NCBI GenBank assembly: GCA_963666735.1 | Contig: OY762926.1 | Location: forward strand, 224,001-288,000 | Direction of reading: 5' to 3' | DNA length: 64,000 nt | Origin: Gemmatimonadota bacterium | GTDB lineage: Bacteria > Gemmatimonadota > Gemmatimonadetes > Palauibacterales > Palauibacteraceae | Part shown: piece by piece, positions 21,665 to 32,050 of the stretch | Layout of the letters: each line of letters begins with the position of its first letter | Position numbering within the stretch: the first letter of the stretch is position 1 | Made by a program: the position numbers and the translations under genes | The notes under the pieces: model-generated | Database searches by the model: none | What the model saw: the letters and a program-made list of their open reading frames with translations, nothing else | What the model was told of the DNA's origin: nothing

Positions 21665-21883
21665 TCAGCCGGCTTGGGAGTCGATGTACGCGGCCAGCTT
21701 GCGAAGCGTGTCGAAGCACTCGGGGGGGATCGAAATGCCGAACTCCCTCTCGACGACCTTCTTGAACGCGACGGCGTCGAGGGACGAAACGCCCGAATCC
21801 GCGAGCCCGCCATCCCACTGGAGTTCGCGGTCGAGATCGAGGTTTTCCTTGACAAGTTCCCCAAGGCGAGCTGTACACGACAT
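21665..21883 (-). CDS. Stand-alone acyl carrier protein, 72 aa
   Basis: LADSGVSSLDAV...EREFGISIP...TLRKLAAYI; GGAAGG RBS. Confidence 0.85.
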   Translation of the reverse strand: MSCTARLGELVKENLDLDRELQWDGGLADSGVSSLDAVAFKKVVEREFGISIPPECFDTLRKLAAYIDSQAG

Positions 21884-22031
21884 GGTGTTGACCTTCCGTT
21901 GAGTGAGCGATCCGATCTTCCAATCGACAACGGGCGTAGAGTCCCTTTACGCCCGCACGGGATATGCCAGCTTGCGATCTGACCCGTCAACCCATGACCA
22001 CGACGCCGGCACGCCCGGAATCAGGTGCAGA

Positions 22032-22047
22032 CGTTGCCGCGGCAACG
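22032..22047. repeat. 16-bp palindrome, variant of the dispersed motif
   Basis: CGTTGCCGCGGCAACG in the same GA...CC context as the CGTTCCCGCGGGAACG copies. Confidence 0.6.
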
Positions 22048-22061
22048 CCACGGCCTGCTAG

Positions 22062-22437
22062 GAGCTTGCGCGGTAGAACGGTCGCGAAGGGCGGCGGATC
22101 CCGGGAAGCGCGGCCGCCCGGAGGCTGAGGGGCGCCGGTTGTCGGCGGGAGCCGCCGTCGCGCGGGCGAAGCCGCCGCGCCGGCGCCGTTTCCGGGTGGA
22201 TCCGGCCGCGTTTCGGGCCCCGGAGGCCCTCCGGCGCGAAGATTTCGCCCCTCACGCGGCCCGAAGGACGTGGAGGCGCCGCGCGTTGAGCGCCAGACAC
22301 ACCAGATCCCACTCGCCGCGCACGTTCTCCAAGCCCCTCATCGCCAACTCCCCGCGCCGAACTTGAACCCGTCACAGCACGCCATCACCATAACCACCCG
22401 AAACGCGCCGCACCATCGGTTTCTACGGCGCAGGCTC
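22062..22437 (-). mobile_element. 376-bp non-autonomous (MITE-like) derivative of the IS at 441-2085
   Basis: Reverse complement of IS 441-541 joined to 1811-2085; both IRs kept; CTAG at 22058-22061 and 22438-22441. Confidence 0.93.
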
Positions 22438-22443
22438 CTAGCG

Positions 22444-23352
22444 CTAGCGATCAAGGATCAGGTCGAAGGCGCCGAGGGGAGCGACGAACCGGTCCGCCAG
22501 CGCGTCGGCGAGCGCCGCTGGGGTGAAGTCGTGCTCCGAACGGGCCTCGGCCGCGATGCGCGGGACCTCCAGGACGCGGACTCGCCGCCCGGACACATGG
22601 AAGATCTGGTCACGGGCCGGGCAGTCGGCCTCCGCGAGCCACGCCGCGAGGACGGCGACGTGCCCGGGCCCGAAGGGGTCGTAGCCGGTCTCGTCCGGTG
22701 CGCCCAGTTGATCGGCGCCGGTCATGTCGGCGACCATGCGGGTCCGCGCCGAGGGAGAGATCACGTTCGAGCGGACGCCGTAGGGAGCTCCCTCGATGGA
22801 CAGCACCTTCGAGAGGCCGACGATGCCCATCTTCGCGGCCCCGTAGTTCGCCTGCCCGAAGTTGCCGCACAGGCCGGAGGAAGAGGTCGTGTGGATGACG
22901 GAGGCGGCGCGGGGGCGGCCGGCCTTCGCCTCGGTGCGCCACCAGGCGAGCGAGTGGCGGCTGGGAGCCGCGTGGCCCTTGAGGTGGACGGCCACGACCG
23001 CATCCCACTCGCCCTCGGACATGTTGAAGAAGGCGCGGTCGCGGAGGATGCCGGCGTTGTTCACGAGGATGTCGAGCCCGCCGAAAGCGTCGACCGCGTG
23101 CGCGATCAGCTGCCCGGCTTCGTTCCAGTTCGAGACGTCGTGTCCGCTCGGGACGGCTTGGCCGCCGCCGGCCCGGATCTCGGCGCAGACGGATTCGGCC
23201 GGCCCGCCATCGGCGCCGTCGCCGTGAACGCCCGTGCCGAGGTCGTTGACGACGACGCTCGCCCCGCCGGCCGCCAGAGCGAGCGCGTGGGCCCGGCCAA
23301 TCCCGCGCCCGGCGCCCGTCACTATCGCGACGCGTCCGGCGAGGCGGCTCAC
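22444..23352 (-). CDS. SDR family oxidoreductase
   Basis: TGAGRGIG, NNAGILRD, YGAAK. Confidence 0.92.
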   Translation of the reverse strand: MSRLAGRVAIVTGAGRGIGRAHALALAAGGASVVVNDLGTGVHGDGADGGPAESVCAEIRAGGGQAVPSGHDVSNWNEAGQLIAHAVDAFGGLDILVNNAGILRDRAFFNMSEGEWDAVVAVHLKGHAAPSRHSLAWWRTEAKAGRPRAASVIHTTSSSGLCGNFGQANYGAAKMGIVGLSKVLSIEGAPYGVRSNVISPSARTRMVADMTGADQLGAPDETGYDPFGPGHVAVLAAWLAEADCPARDQIFHVSGRRVRVLEVPRIAAEARSEHDFTPAALADALADRFVAPLGAFDLILDR

Positions 23353-23377
23353 GCCCGGACGCCCCCCGTCGGCTGGG

Positions 23378-24733
23378 TCAGCCGTCGATCCGCCGGCAGG
23401 CGGCCGCGAGGCGGCGGATGCCCTCCTCCATTTCGTCTTCCGCGATGAGGAGCGACGGTCCGATCCGGATCACGTGCCCGTTCAGCCCGCCACGCCCGAT
23501 GAGCAGGCGCTCCTTGCGCGCCGCCTCGAGCAGCGCCCCGGCCCGCCCGCCGTCCGGCGCTCTCCCGTCGCGGTCCTCGACCATCTCGACGCCCTGCATC
23601 AGACCCATGCCGCGCACCTCGCCGATCCAGTCGTGCGCGCGCCGCAGTTCTTCGAGCCCGGCGCGAAGCTGCGCGCCCCGCTCGGCGGCGCGGGCCGGCA
23701 CGTTCTCGCCCTTCATCACGCCCAGCGTGGCCCCCATCGCCGCCATCGAGATCGAGTTGCCTCCGTACGTGGAGATCGACGGCCCCTGCCAGGCCTCGGC
23801 GATCTCCGGCCGCGTGACGGTCGCCCCCACGGGGAATCCGTTCGCAATCCCCTTGGCCATCACCATGATGTCCGGCTCGACGCCCCAGTGTTCGATCCCG
23901 AACCAGCGGTCCCCCGTCCGTCCGAATCCCGCTTGGACCTCGTCGATGATGAACAGCCCGCCGTAACTCCGGATCACCTCCGCCGCGCGCCGGAAGTAGT
24001 CCGGGGGCGGCACGATGACGCCGGCCACGCCCTGGATCGTCTCCGCGAAGAAGGCGGCCGGCTTCCCGCCCGTCGTCGTCTCGATGACTTCCACGAGGTC
24101 GTCGATGAAGAAGTCCGTCGCCTCGGGACCCGCGCCGACTGGAGAGCGGTAGAGGTACGGCGACCGGGCGTGGACGATCCCGTCGACGCCCCCACCGGGC
24201 AGACGCCAGGCGCCCTGCGCCGTCATGTGGCTCGTGAGCGTGCTCCTGCCGGAATAGGAGAGTCGCAGCGCCACGATCTCGTGCCGCCCGGTGTACAGGC
24301 GCGCCGTCGCCACCGCGGATTCCACCGCCTCCGTGCCGCTATTCGTGAAGCAGGTCGTGCGGAGGGCGCCGGGCGTGATCTCCGCCAGGGAGCGTGCGGC
24401 CTCGATCTGGCCTTCCGTCACGTAGAGGGCCGAAGTGTGCCCGAGCCGCTCCATCTGAGTGCGCGCCGCCTCGACGACCGCCGGGTTGCAGTGGCCGACC
24501 GAGGTCGTGAGGATGCCCGCGAACAGATCCAGATACTCCTCGCCGTCGACATCACTGAGCCAGACGCCCTCGCCCCGGGCGAGCGCGAGAGGCTCGTCGT
24601 AGTAGGGGCGGACCCAGGGATAGAGGTAGCCGCTCTGAGCCGCGGTCAGCGTCCGCGTGCGGGATGCCGCCGCCGGCGCGGCACCCGCGGCGCCGGCCGA
24701 GGATGTGTGCGGGGCGGTCTGTACGTTGCTCAC
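23378..24733 (-). CDS. Class III PLP-dependent aminotransferase
   Basis: YLDLFAG, TNSGTEA, DEVQAGFGRTG, MAKGIANG. Confidence 0.92.
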   Translation of the reverse strand: MSNVQTAPHTSSAGAAGAAPAAASRTRTLTAAQSGYLYPWVRPYYDEPLALARGEGVWLSDVDGEEYLDLFAGILTTSVGHCNPAVVEAARTQMERLGHTSALYVTEGQIEAARSLAEITPGALRTTCFTNSGTEAVESAVATARLYTGRHEIVALRLSYSGRSTLTSHMTAQGAWRLPGGGVDGIVHARSPYLYRSPVGAGPEATDFFIDDLVEVIETTTGGKPAAFFAETIQGVAGVIVPPPDYFRRAAEVIRSYGGLFIIDEVQAGFGRTGDRWFGIEHWGVEPDIMVMAKGIANGFPVGATVTRPEIAEAWQGPSISTYGGNSISMAAMGATLGVMKGENVPARAAERGAQLRAGLEELRRAHDWIGEVRGMGLMQGVEMVEDRDGRAPDGGRAGALLEAARKERLLIGRGGLNGHVIRIGPSLLIAEDEMEEGIRRLAAACRRIDG

Positions 24734-24755
24734 GAGTGTCTCCTGATTCCAGGCG

Positions 24756-25613
24756 TCAGTCCCAGCGGTAGAAGCCGCGTCCGCTCTTCCGGCCGAGGCG
24801 GCCCGCCGCCACCATCCGCTCGAGCAGGGCGGGGGGTTCGAACACCGGCGACCCCAGCGCCTCGTGCAGGTAGCGGGCGATGTCGAGCCGGACGTCGAGT
24901 CCGACGAGATCTCCCAGTTTCAACGGTCCCATGGGGTGGCGATAGCCGAGCATCATCGCGGTGTCGATGTCCTCGGGGCTCGCGACGCCTTCCTCCACCA
25001 TGCGGATCGCCTCCAGCCCGAGGGCAAGTCCGAGCCGCGAGGAGGCGAACCCGGGCGAATCCGCGATGACGATCGGCGTCTTGCCCAGCCGTTCAGCGAC
25101 CTCGCGGGCCTTCGCCACGGTTTCGTCGGACGTCTCCGCCCCGCGCACGATCTCGACGAGCGCCATGATGTGGACGGGGTTGAAGAAGTGCATCCCGATC
25201 ACCCGGTCGCGCGCCGGAAGCCCCTCCGCGAGCGCGGTGATGGACAGGGAAGAGGTGTTGGTGGCGAGCAGGGCGCGGTCGGCGGCCGCTTCTCCGCACC
25301 TTGCGAGGATCTTCTGCTTGAGATCGAGCTTCTCGGGCACGGCTTCGATCGCGATCCCGACGCCGTCGGCCGCCTCGCCCAGGTACCGGCTGTAGGACAA
25401 CCCGTCGAGCGCACGGTCGCGCTCTTCGGACGTGACCTTCCCGCGCTGGATCCCCTTGCGGAGGTTGGTTTCGATGCGCTCGCGCGCCGTGTCCAGCGCC
25501 TCGGGCATGGCGTCGAAGAGCCGGGTGTCGTAGCCGGCCATCGCCGCGACCTGGGCGATCCCGTGTCCCATCGTGCCGGCTCCGAGCACGGCCAGAGGAG
25601 GACGAGCCGTCAT
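24756..25613 (-). CDS. 3-hydroxyacyl-CoA dehydrogenase
   Basis: GAGTMG, EAVPEKLDLK, NTSSL, GMHFFNP, HPMGP. Confidence 0.92.
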   Translation of the reverse strand: MTARPPLAVLGAGTMGHGIAQVAAMAGYDTRLFDAMPEALDTARERIETNLRKGIQRGKVTSEERDRALDGLSYSRYLGEAADGVGIAIEAVPEKLDLKQKILARCGEAAADRALLATNTSSLSITALAEGLPARDRVIGMHFFNPVHIMALVEIVRGAETSDETVAKAREVAERLGKTPIVIADSPGFASSRLGLALGLEAIRMVEEGVASPEDIDTAMMLGYRHPMGPLKLGDLVGLDVRLDIARYLHEALGSPVFEPPALLERMVAAGRLGRKSGRGFYRWD

Positions 25614-26128
25614 TTGAGCCAGTCCTCCGGGTTCATCTCCGGTTCGGGGCGGAGCGAGTACCGGCGCACGACTTCGATGGCCTCGAAACCGAGGTCGTCG
25701 GCGAGCGCGTTCGCGATCAGGTTGTCCGCCCCGGTGAAGAGACGCACCTCGTGGATGTCCCAGTCCGCCGCCCACTCGAAGGCGGCGCGCAGCAGGCGGC
25801 GCAGGTTCCCCTTGCGCCGCTCTTCCCGCCTCACGAACGGCGTCTGGATGCGCACGTAGCGCGGCGGGTCGAACAAGGGTTCGTTCTCCTCCACGAAGCA
25901 GACGAGCATGCCGTCGAGGCCGCCGTCATCCGCCTCCAGCACGAAGACGACGCTCGTCGCCTCTTCGATGTGACGGCGGAACATCCCCGCGCGCGTCTCG
26001 ATGGCGTCCGTGCGGAGCCGCCGGTAGGCGGGGTTGAGGGCGTGAATCCGCATGTACCGCGTCCACATCGCGACGAGTCCATCGATATCGCCGACGTCGG
26101 CCTGTCGAACCGTGACTGTCTCAGGCAT
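25610..26128 (-). CDS. GNAT N-acetyltransferase
   Basis: FVRREERRKG motif A-like segment and C-terminal LGF; overlaps both neighbours. Confidence 0.75.
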   Translation of the reverse strand: MPETVTVRQADVGDIDGLVAMWTRYMRIHALNPAYRRLRTDAIETRAGMFRRHIEEATSVVFVLEADDGGLDGMLVCFVEENEPLFDPPRYVRIQTPFVRREERRKGNLRRLLRAAFEWAADWDIHEVRLFTGADNLIANALADDLGFEAIEVVRRYSLRPEPEMNPEDWLK

Positions 26129-26978
26129 GGGGACCCGCCTCCGTCGCTGCCGGGTTTTCGGTTTCGCCGCGCCTCCCGAACCGGGGCCGGCGCTTCTCGA
26201 CGAACGCCCGGACGCCTTCGAGGGCGTCGGCGGACTCGAAGCAGGCCTTCTGCGCCGCCTTCTCGTAGTCGAGCATCTCCTCGAAACTGGAGGAGAGGGA
26301 GCGCTGCACCGCTTCCTTCGCGAGCCGGAGGGGCAGCGTCGGCTTGCGCGCCAGCGTGCGCGCCCAGTCGCGGGCGAGCGGCATGAGTTCGTTCGCGGCG
26401 ACCACGCGGTTCACGAGGCCGATCCGCTCGCACTCGGCGGCCGGAATCATCTCCGCGAAGAAGAAAAGCTCCGCGGCGCGCGCCGGACCCACGAGGCGGG
26501 GCACGGCGTAGGTCCCGCCCCAGTCCGGATGGAGGCCGATGCGGTTGAAGGTCTGGCCGATGGACGCCGTGTCGGAGGCGAGCCGGAGGTCGCAGGCGAG
26601 GGCGAGGTTCGCGCCGCCTCCCGCCGCCGCCCCGTTGATCGCGGCGATCACCGGTTTGGGCATCCCCCGGATGGCTCCCGCGACCCGGCGCCCCGCTTCG
26701 ACCAGCGCAACGGCCTCCTCGATGGCCTGCGTTTCGATGAGGCGGGTGAGGTAGTTGACGTCCGCGCCGGCGCAGAACGCGCGCCCGGTTCCGGTGACGA
26801 TGACGGCGCGCACCCCGTCGTCCGCGCCGAGCGCTTCGATCCCGCGCGCGATCTCGCTCCGCATCTCCCCGATGAAGGCGTTGAGCTTTTCCGGCCGATT
26901 GAGCGTGAGCGTGCCCACGCCGTTCTCGATTTCGATCAGGACGTGGGCCTCGCTCCTGCCCGAACCTGTCCGCCTCAT
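26121..26978 (-). CDS. Enoyl-CoA hydratase/isomerase (PaaG-like)
   Basis: [31 protein letters not shown]. Confidence 0.9.
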   Translation of the reverse strand: MRRTGSGRSEAHVLIEIENGVGTLTLNRPEKLNAFIGEMRSEIARGIEALGADDGVRAVIVTGTGRAFCAGADVNYLTRLIETQAIEEAVALVEAGRRVAGAIRGMPKPVIAAINGAAAGGGANLALACDLRLASDTASIGQTFNRIGLHPDWGGTYAVPRLVGPARAAELFFFAEMIPAAECERIGLVNRVVAANELMPLARDWARTLARKPTLPLRLAKEAVQRSLSSSFEEMLDYEKAAQKACFESADALEGVRAFVEKRRPRFGRRGETENPAATEAGPHA

Positions 26979-28195
26979 GCCGCCTCCGCGCCCCGGTGCA
27001 CGAGCAGCGCAATCCCCTGGCCGACGCCGATGCACATCGTGACGAGCCCATGGGACGCGTCACGCCGCCGCATCTCGTGGACGAGCGTCGTGAGGAGCTT
27101 GGCGCCGGTGCAACCGAGGGGATGGCCGAGCGCGATCGCGCCGCCGTTCACGTTCACGCGGTCCGGATCGAGGCCAAGCTCGGCGATGCAGGGCAGCGCC
27201 TGCGCCGCGAACGCCTCGTTGAGTTCAATCAGGTCGAGGTCATTGATCGTAAGTCCCTCTCTTCGAAGGGCTTTACGGGTGGCGGGCACAGGTCCGATGC
27301 CCATCCGCTGCGGCTCCACGCCGGCGACTGCGGAGGCTCCCACGGTCGCCAGAGGCTCGAGGCCAAGCTCGTCCGCGACGGCCTGGCTCGCGATGAGGAC
27401 GGCCGCCGCCCCGTCGTTGATGCCGGAGGCGTTCCCCGCCGTCACCGTGCCGCCGGCCCGGAAGGCGGCGCGCAGGCGGGCGAGTTGCCCGGCCGTCGTC
27501 CCCGGCCTCGGGTGCTCATCTCCCTCCACGCACACCGGGTCGCCCTTCCGCCGGGGAACCTCGAAGGGAACGATCTCGCCGGCGAAACGGCCCGCCTCGA
27601 TGGCGGCGGCGGCGCGACGCTGGCTCTCCACCGCGAAGGCGTCCTGCTCCGCTCGCCCGACGCCGTGGTCTTCCGCCACTACTTCGGCGGTCTCGGCGAG
27701 CGGGATCGTCCACGGCTCGGGCATGGCCGGGTTGGCGAAGCGCCAGCCGACCGTCGTGTCCGCGACCCGCGGCGGGACGCGCGAGAAGGCCCGGTCCGTC
27801 TTGAGCATGACCCACGGCGCCCGGGACATGCTCTCGACTCCGCCCGCGATGAAGGCGTCGCCTTCGCCGGCCCGGATCGCGTGCGCCGCCGTGACGACCG
27901 CCTGCAGCCCCGATCCGCACAGCCGGTTCACCGTCTGGCCCGCGACCTCGACGGGGAGCCCGGCCAGCAGTCCGGCCATCCGGGCCACGTTGCGGTTGTC
28001 CTCGCCCGCCTGGTTCGTGCATCCCGCGATCACGTCCTCGACGCGGCCGGGCGGCACCCCGGTCCGCTCGACGAGGGCGCGGATCGCGTGCGCCAGGAGG
28101 TCGTCGGCCCGGATCGACGAGAGCGCGCCGCCCGCGCGTCCCACCGGCGTCCGGACGGCGTCGATGATCACCGGGGTGCGATCCGCCCCGCTCAC
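26975..28195 (-). CDS. Thiolase (PaaJ/PcaF-like)
   Basis: NRLCGSG, NEAFA, GHPLG, CIGVGQG. Confidence 0.93.
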   Translation of the reverse strand: MSGADRTPVIIDAVRTPVGRAGGALSSIRADDLLAHAIRALVERTGVPPGRVEDVIAGCTNQAGEDNRNVARMAGLLAGLPVEVAGQTVNRLCGSGLQAVVTAAHAIRAGEGDAFIAGGVESMSRAPWVMLKTDRAFSRVPPRVADTTVGWRFANPAMPEPWTIPLAETAEVVAEDHGVGRAEQDAFAVESQRRAAAAIEAGRFAGEIVPFEVPRRKGDPVCVEGDEHPRPGTTAGQLARLRAAFRAGGTVTAGNASGINDGAAAVLIASQAVADELGLEPLATVGASAVAGVEPQRMGIGPVPATRKALRREGLTINDLDLIELNEAFAAQALPCIAELGLDPDRVNVNGGAIALGHPLGCTGAKLLTTLVHEMRRRDASHGLVTMCIGVGQGIALLVHRGAEAA

Positions 28196-28241
28196 TGCGT
28201 CTCTCCCCGTGCCCGTCGTCTCGGCCCGATCCGCCCGCGTC

Positions 28242-29048
28242 CTAGCGGCCGGCGAACTCGGGCGCCCGCCGCTCGACGTAGGCCGCGAGACCCTCGCGCG
28301 CGTCGTCGCCCTGGAAGAGGAGCTGCTGCAGTTCGCGCTCGATCGCGAGACCCTCGGAGAAGGGCACCTCGACCCCGCTGCACACCGACCGCTTGATGCG
28401 CCCCACGGCGCGCGACGCCTTGCGAGGCGGTGTGAACTGACGCGCGTACTCCATCACCTGGGCGTGGAACTCCGCGTCATCTCCCTCGAACACCTTGTTC
28501 ACGAGCCCCAGTCCGAGCGCCTCCTTGAAGCCGAACGTGCGGCCCTCCGCCATCAACTCGATCGCCTTCGGCTTGCCGAGCAACCGGCCGAGCCGCTGCG
28601 TCCCGCCCGTCCCGGGCAGGACGCCGAGGTTCACCTCCGGCAGTCCGATCTTCCCCGCGTCCTTTCGGGCGATCCGGATGTCGCAGGCGAGCGCGATCTC
28701 GAGTCCGCCGCCGACCGTGTGTCCGTTGAGGGCGCCGATCACGAGCTTCGGCGTCTGCTCGAGCCGCGTCAGCGTCTCGTTCGCGTGGAGACAGAAGAAG
28801 TACTTGAAGTAGGGGTCCGAGGTCTGGAGCATCTTGATGTTCGCCCCGGCGGAGAAGAACCTGTCTCCCTCGCCCCGGATGACGATGACGTGGACGTTCT
28901 CGTCGAAACGCGCGCGCAGGATCGCGTCGTCCAGGTCTCGCATCATCTCGTAGGTGTACGTGTTCGCGGGCGGGTCGTCGATCGTGAAGACCGCGACGCC
29001 GTCCTCGGCCGCATATCGAATCAGCGTGTCAGGTCGTGTATCAGCCAT
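28242..29048 (-). CDS. Enoyl-CoA hydratase/isomerase family
   Basis: [30 protein letters not shown]. Confidence 0.9.
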   Translation of the reverse strand: MADTRPDTLIRYAAEDGVAVFTIDDPPANTYTYEMMRDLDDAILRARFDENVHVIVIRGEGDRFFSAGANIKMLQTSDPYFKYFFCLHANETLTRLEQTPKLVIGALNGHTVGGGLEIALACDIRIARKDAGKIGLPEVNLGVLPGTGGTQRLGRLLGKPKAIELMAEGRTFGFKEALGLGLVNKVFEGDDAEFHAQVMEYARQFTPPRKASRAVGRIKRSVCSGVEVPFSEGLAIERELQQLLFQGDDAREGLAAYVERRAPEFAGR

Positions 29049-29337
29049 GGGAGTCCTTCCTCTTGAGAACCGCTCGAAAGATGATGTGCGAGAGGCCGCC
29101 GCGCCGGGGCTTTCCCCAGCCTCCGGCGGACGGTCAAACTATCCCGGCCGCCGCGCGGCGTACAGTGAGTTATCGCCGGGTTGTCCCGCGTCGCGCGGGC
29201 GCGATTCGGAGCGCAACGCGGAGTTGGCCCGGGGTGTCGTGACCAGAGTGTTCTCGCGACGACGGGAGGGCGACGGGGAGGAGAGGAGTCCGGCTTGGAG
29301 CACAGGATGAAGACCTTGCCCGCATGCTGAGGCCCGC

Positions 29338-30603
29338 ATGCTGAGACGCGCCGGCCTCGGCGTCCTGTTCGGGACGGTGATGGTGGACATGATGGGCTTC
29401 GGCATCGTCCTCCCGCTGCTCCCGTTCTACGCCGAAGAAATGGGCGCCTCGCCGCGCTGGGTCACCCTCATCATCGCCTCGTTCTCCATCACGCAGCTCC
29501 TGTCGGCTCCGATCTGGGGACGGTTCTCCGACCGGCTGGGACGCCGGCGCCTCCTCCTCATCGGGCTCTTCGCCTCGGCGCTCTCGTACCTTCTGTTCGC
29601 GCTCGCCGACAACCTGTGGCTGCTGCTCGTCTCGCGCGCGACGGCGGGCGCCGCGGGAGGGACGCTCGGCATCGCCCAGGCCTATGTCGCCGACTCCACG
29701 GAAGGCGAGGAACGGGCCCGCGGGCTCGGTTTCATCGGGGCGGCGTCCGGTCTGGGCATCATGCTCGGTCCGGCGATCGGCGGATTCTTCAGCCGGTTCG
29801 GGCTGGGCGTGCCGGGCTACGTGGCCGCGGGGCTGTGCCTGCTCAATCTGATGGCGGCCGTGGTGTTCCTCCCGGAATCGCGGCACTTCCGCTCCGGCAA
29901 GGCCGACGCGTCGAAGGGGGAGGCGGCGACGATCCTCCTCTGGGCGAAGTCCCTCTTCAGGTTTCCGCTGCGCGTGCTCCTCCTCGTATACGTGCTGACC
30001 ATCGGTTGCTTCACCTCGATGACATCGGTCCTGGCTCTGTATGCCGAGCGCGTGTTCGCGATGACGGCGGCCGACATGGGCTTCGTGTTCACGCTGGCGG
30101 GAGGCGTCACCGTCATCGTCCGCGGCGGGCTGGTGGGCCGGATCGTGAAGCGGTTCGGCGAACCGAACACCGTGCGTGCCGGGTGCGCGTTGCTTGCCCT
30201 GGGCGTCGGCGCCATCCCGTTCCTGGCCGACCGCTGGCAACTCTGGCTCCTCGTGCCGAGTTGGGCGGCGGCGACGGGACTCATCTTCCCATCGCTCCAC
30301 GCCCTGATCTCGCGGAACACGGACGAGCACTCACAGGGTTCGGTGCTCGGCGGAAGCCAGGTGGCCGGGGGGCTGGGCCGCGTGGCCGCGCCGCTGGCGG
30401 CGGGCTGGCTGTTCGAGTTGTACTCGATCAAGAGCCCCTTCCTGGTCGGGGCCGCGGCATCCGCCGTCGCTCTCTGGCTGGCGCTCCGGATCCCGGCGCC
30501 GCGCGATCCCAAGGCAAACGAAGAGCTCGATCCCACCGACCGGTGGACGGGCCCGGTCGCCGCGCACGAACCCCGCGACCTGCCGGACACGAAGTCGCCA
30601 TGA
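29338..30603 (+). CDS. MFS transporter (TetA/DHA1-like)
   Basis: GFGIVLPLLP, GRFSDRLGRR, LGPAIGG; about 12 TM segments. Confidence 0.9.
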   Translation: MLRRAGLGVLFGTVMVDMMGFGIVLPLLPFYAEEMGASPRWVTLIIASFSITQLLSAPIWGRFSDRLGRRRLLLIGLFASALSYLLFALADNLWLLLVSRATAGAAGGTLGIAQAYVADSTEGEERARGLGFIGAASGLGIMLGPAIGGFFSRFGLGVPGYVAAGLCLLNLMAAVVFLPESRHFRSGKADASKGEAATILLWAKSLFRFPLRVLLLVYVLTIGCFTSMTSVLALYAERVFAMTAADMGFVFTLAGGVTVIVRGGLVGRIVKRFGEPNTVRAGCALLALGVGAIPFLADRWQLWLLVPSWAAATGLIFPSLHALISRNTDEHSQGSVLGGSQVAGGLGRVAAPLAAGWLFELYSIKSPFLVGAAASAVALWLALRIPAPRDPKANEELDPTDRWTGPVAAHEPRDLPDTKSP

Positions 30604-30616
30604 CCCCGGTGGCGGC

Positions 30617-31381
30617 GTGAGCTCGCGGCCCCCCCGCGCCGCCGCCGAGGTGGGGGCGACGAACCGCTTCGCCGAACAGGCGCAGTTCGTGTCGCTGCGG
30701 TGGGGCGAGGTGTCGGCCCTGCTCGTCCGTCCTCCCGACGCGCGGGCGATGCTCGCCTTCGCGCACGGCGCGGGGGCGGGAATCGAGCACCCGTTCATGT
30801 CGGACATGGCGCAGCGGCTGGCGGGGGAGGGGATCGCATCGTTCCGCTACCACTTCCCCTACATGGAGGCGCGGGCGCTTTCCGGGCGCCGCCGCCCTCC
30901 CGACCGTCCGCCGGTCCTCGTCGAAACGGTCCGGGCCGCGGTCGCGACGGCTGCCGTTTTGGCAGATGGACTGCCCCTGTTCGCAGGCGGCAAGTCGATG
31001 GGTGGGCGCATGACGTCGACCGCCGCCGCCGAGGCGCCTCTGCCGGGCGTGGGCGGTCTCGTCTTCTTCGGATTTCCGCTCCACGCGCCCGGGCGTCCGG
31101 AGCGCGCGGCCGAACGATCGGCTCACCTGAGCGACGTCTCCGTCCCCATGCTCTTCCTGCAGGGAACCCGCGACGCGCTCGCCCGGTGGGACCTGGTCGA
31201 AGAGACGTGCGCCGCGCTCGGGTCGCTCGCCACGCTCCACAAGCTGGAGGGCGCCGACCACTCGTTTCGCGTACTCAAGCGCAGCGGCCGCACGAACGAG
31301 AAGGTTGCCGACGGCGTCGCGGCCCGCGTGTCCGCCTGGCTCGCCAGCTCGGCCCGGAGGAATAGCGGGACGGCGCTCTAA
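30617..31381 (+). CDS. Alpha/beta hydrolase family protein
   Basis: [26 protein letters not shown]. Confidence 0.88.
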   Translation: MSSRPPRAAAEVGATNRFAEQAQFVSLRWGEVSALLVRPPDARAMLAFAHGAGAGIEHPFMSDMAQRLAGEGIASFRYHFPYMEARALSGRRRPPDRPPVLVETVRAAVATAAVLADGLPLFAGGKSMGGRMTSTAAAEAPLPGVGGLVFFGFPLHAPGRPERAAERSAHLSDVSVPMLFLQGTRDALARWDLVEETCAALGSLATLHKLEGADHSFRVLKRSGRTNEKVADGVAARVSAWLASSARRNSGTAL

Positions 31382-31683
31382 TCCCCGAGAGCGCGTACGA
31401 CCGCCTCCGGTTCGCGGTCGATGACGGTGAGCAGGACGCGGGCCGTGCGGCTCGGTACCCGCCTCCCCTGCTCCCATTCCTGCACCGCCCGGACATCGAG
31501 CCCGAGGCGATCCGCGAACTTCTTGCGGCTCAGCTTCAATCGTTTGCGGAGCGCCACGATGTGCTCGGCAGCGGGGTCATCGACGATGCGGCAGGGAAGC
31601 GGCGTCGTGCCGCGCACATGAGCGGGCACTTCGCCGAGAGCCGCTTCCACCTCGCGCCCCACCTCCGTTTGCCGGGTCGTCAT
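31378..31683 (-). CDS. HigA-like XRE HTH antitoxin
   Basis: [33 protein letters not shown]. Confidence 0.85.
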   Translation of the reverse strand: MTTRQTEVGREVEAALGEVPAHVRGTTPLPCRIVDDPAAEHIVALRKRLKLSRKKFADRLGLDVRAVQEWEQGRRVPSRTARVLLTVIDREPEAVVRALGD

Positions 31684-31926
31684 CGGTCTCGTTCCTCCTC
31701 CTTGATCGCGTCCGGACCCGCTTGACGGAAATAGATCGTGCGGATTCCACCCCGCCTGCCTCGGGCCCGAGCCCGCCCAGCGCAACTTGCGAAGCCCTCC
31801 GGTTCCTCGGATGATGGGCGCGGCTGCCGGGTTGGCGACCACAGCCGCCTCCATCGCCCGCCGGTCCGCCTCTCGCAAGAGTTTGCGGACGGCGCGCTCG
31901 TAGGTTCGCGTAGTGAAGATTCGCAT
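31680..31926 (-). pseudogene. Frameshifted, shortened RelE/HigB2-like toxin
   Basis: [16 protein letters not shown], then an extra base near 31765, then [12 protein letters not shown]. The usual YLLTxYxK segment is absent. Confidence 0.78.
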
Positions 31927-31984
31927 CGGCGAATGTGCGGCACTGCCGCACGGCTTGTAAGCAGGAATATGACCTGCGCGATGA

Positions 31985-32000
31985 CGTTCCCGCGGGAACG
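31985..32000. repeat. 16-bp perfect palindrome, dispersed motif
   Basis: CGTTCCCGCGGGAACG, intergenic. Confidence 0.8.
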
Positions 32001-32050
32001 CCTTCGCACGACGCAGTGCGATGCACGACGCCGCGAGGAGGGGCAGTGAT

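Noticed and set aside
26052..29066. 1004-aa plus-strand ORF
   Set aside because: Antisense to three clear genes; low-complexity Ser/Ala/Pro/Arg content.
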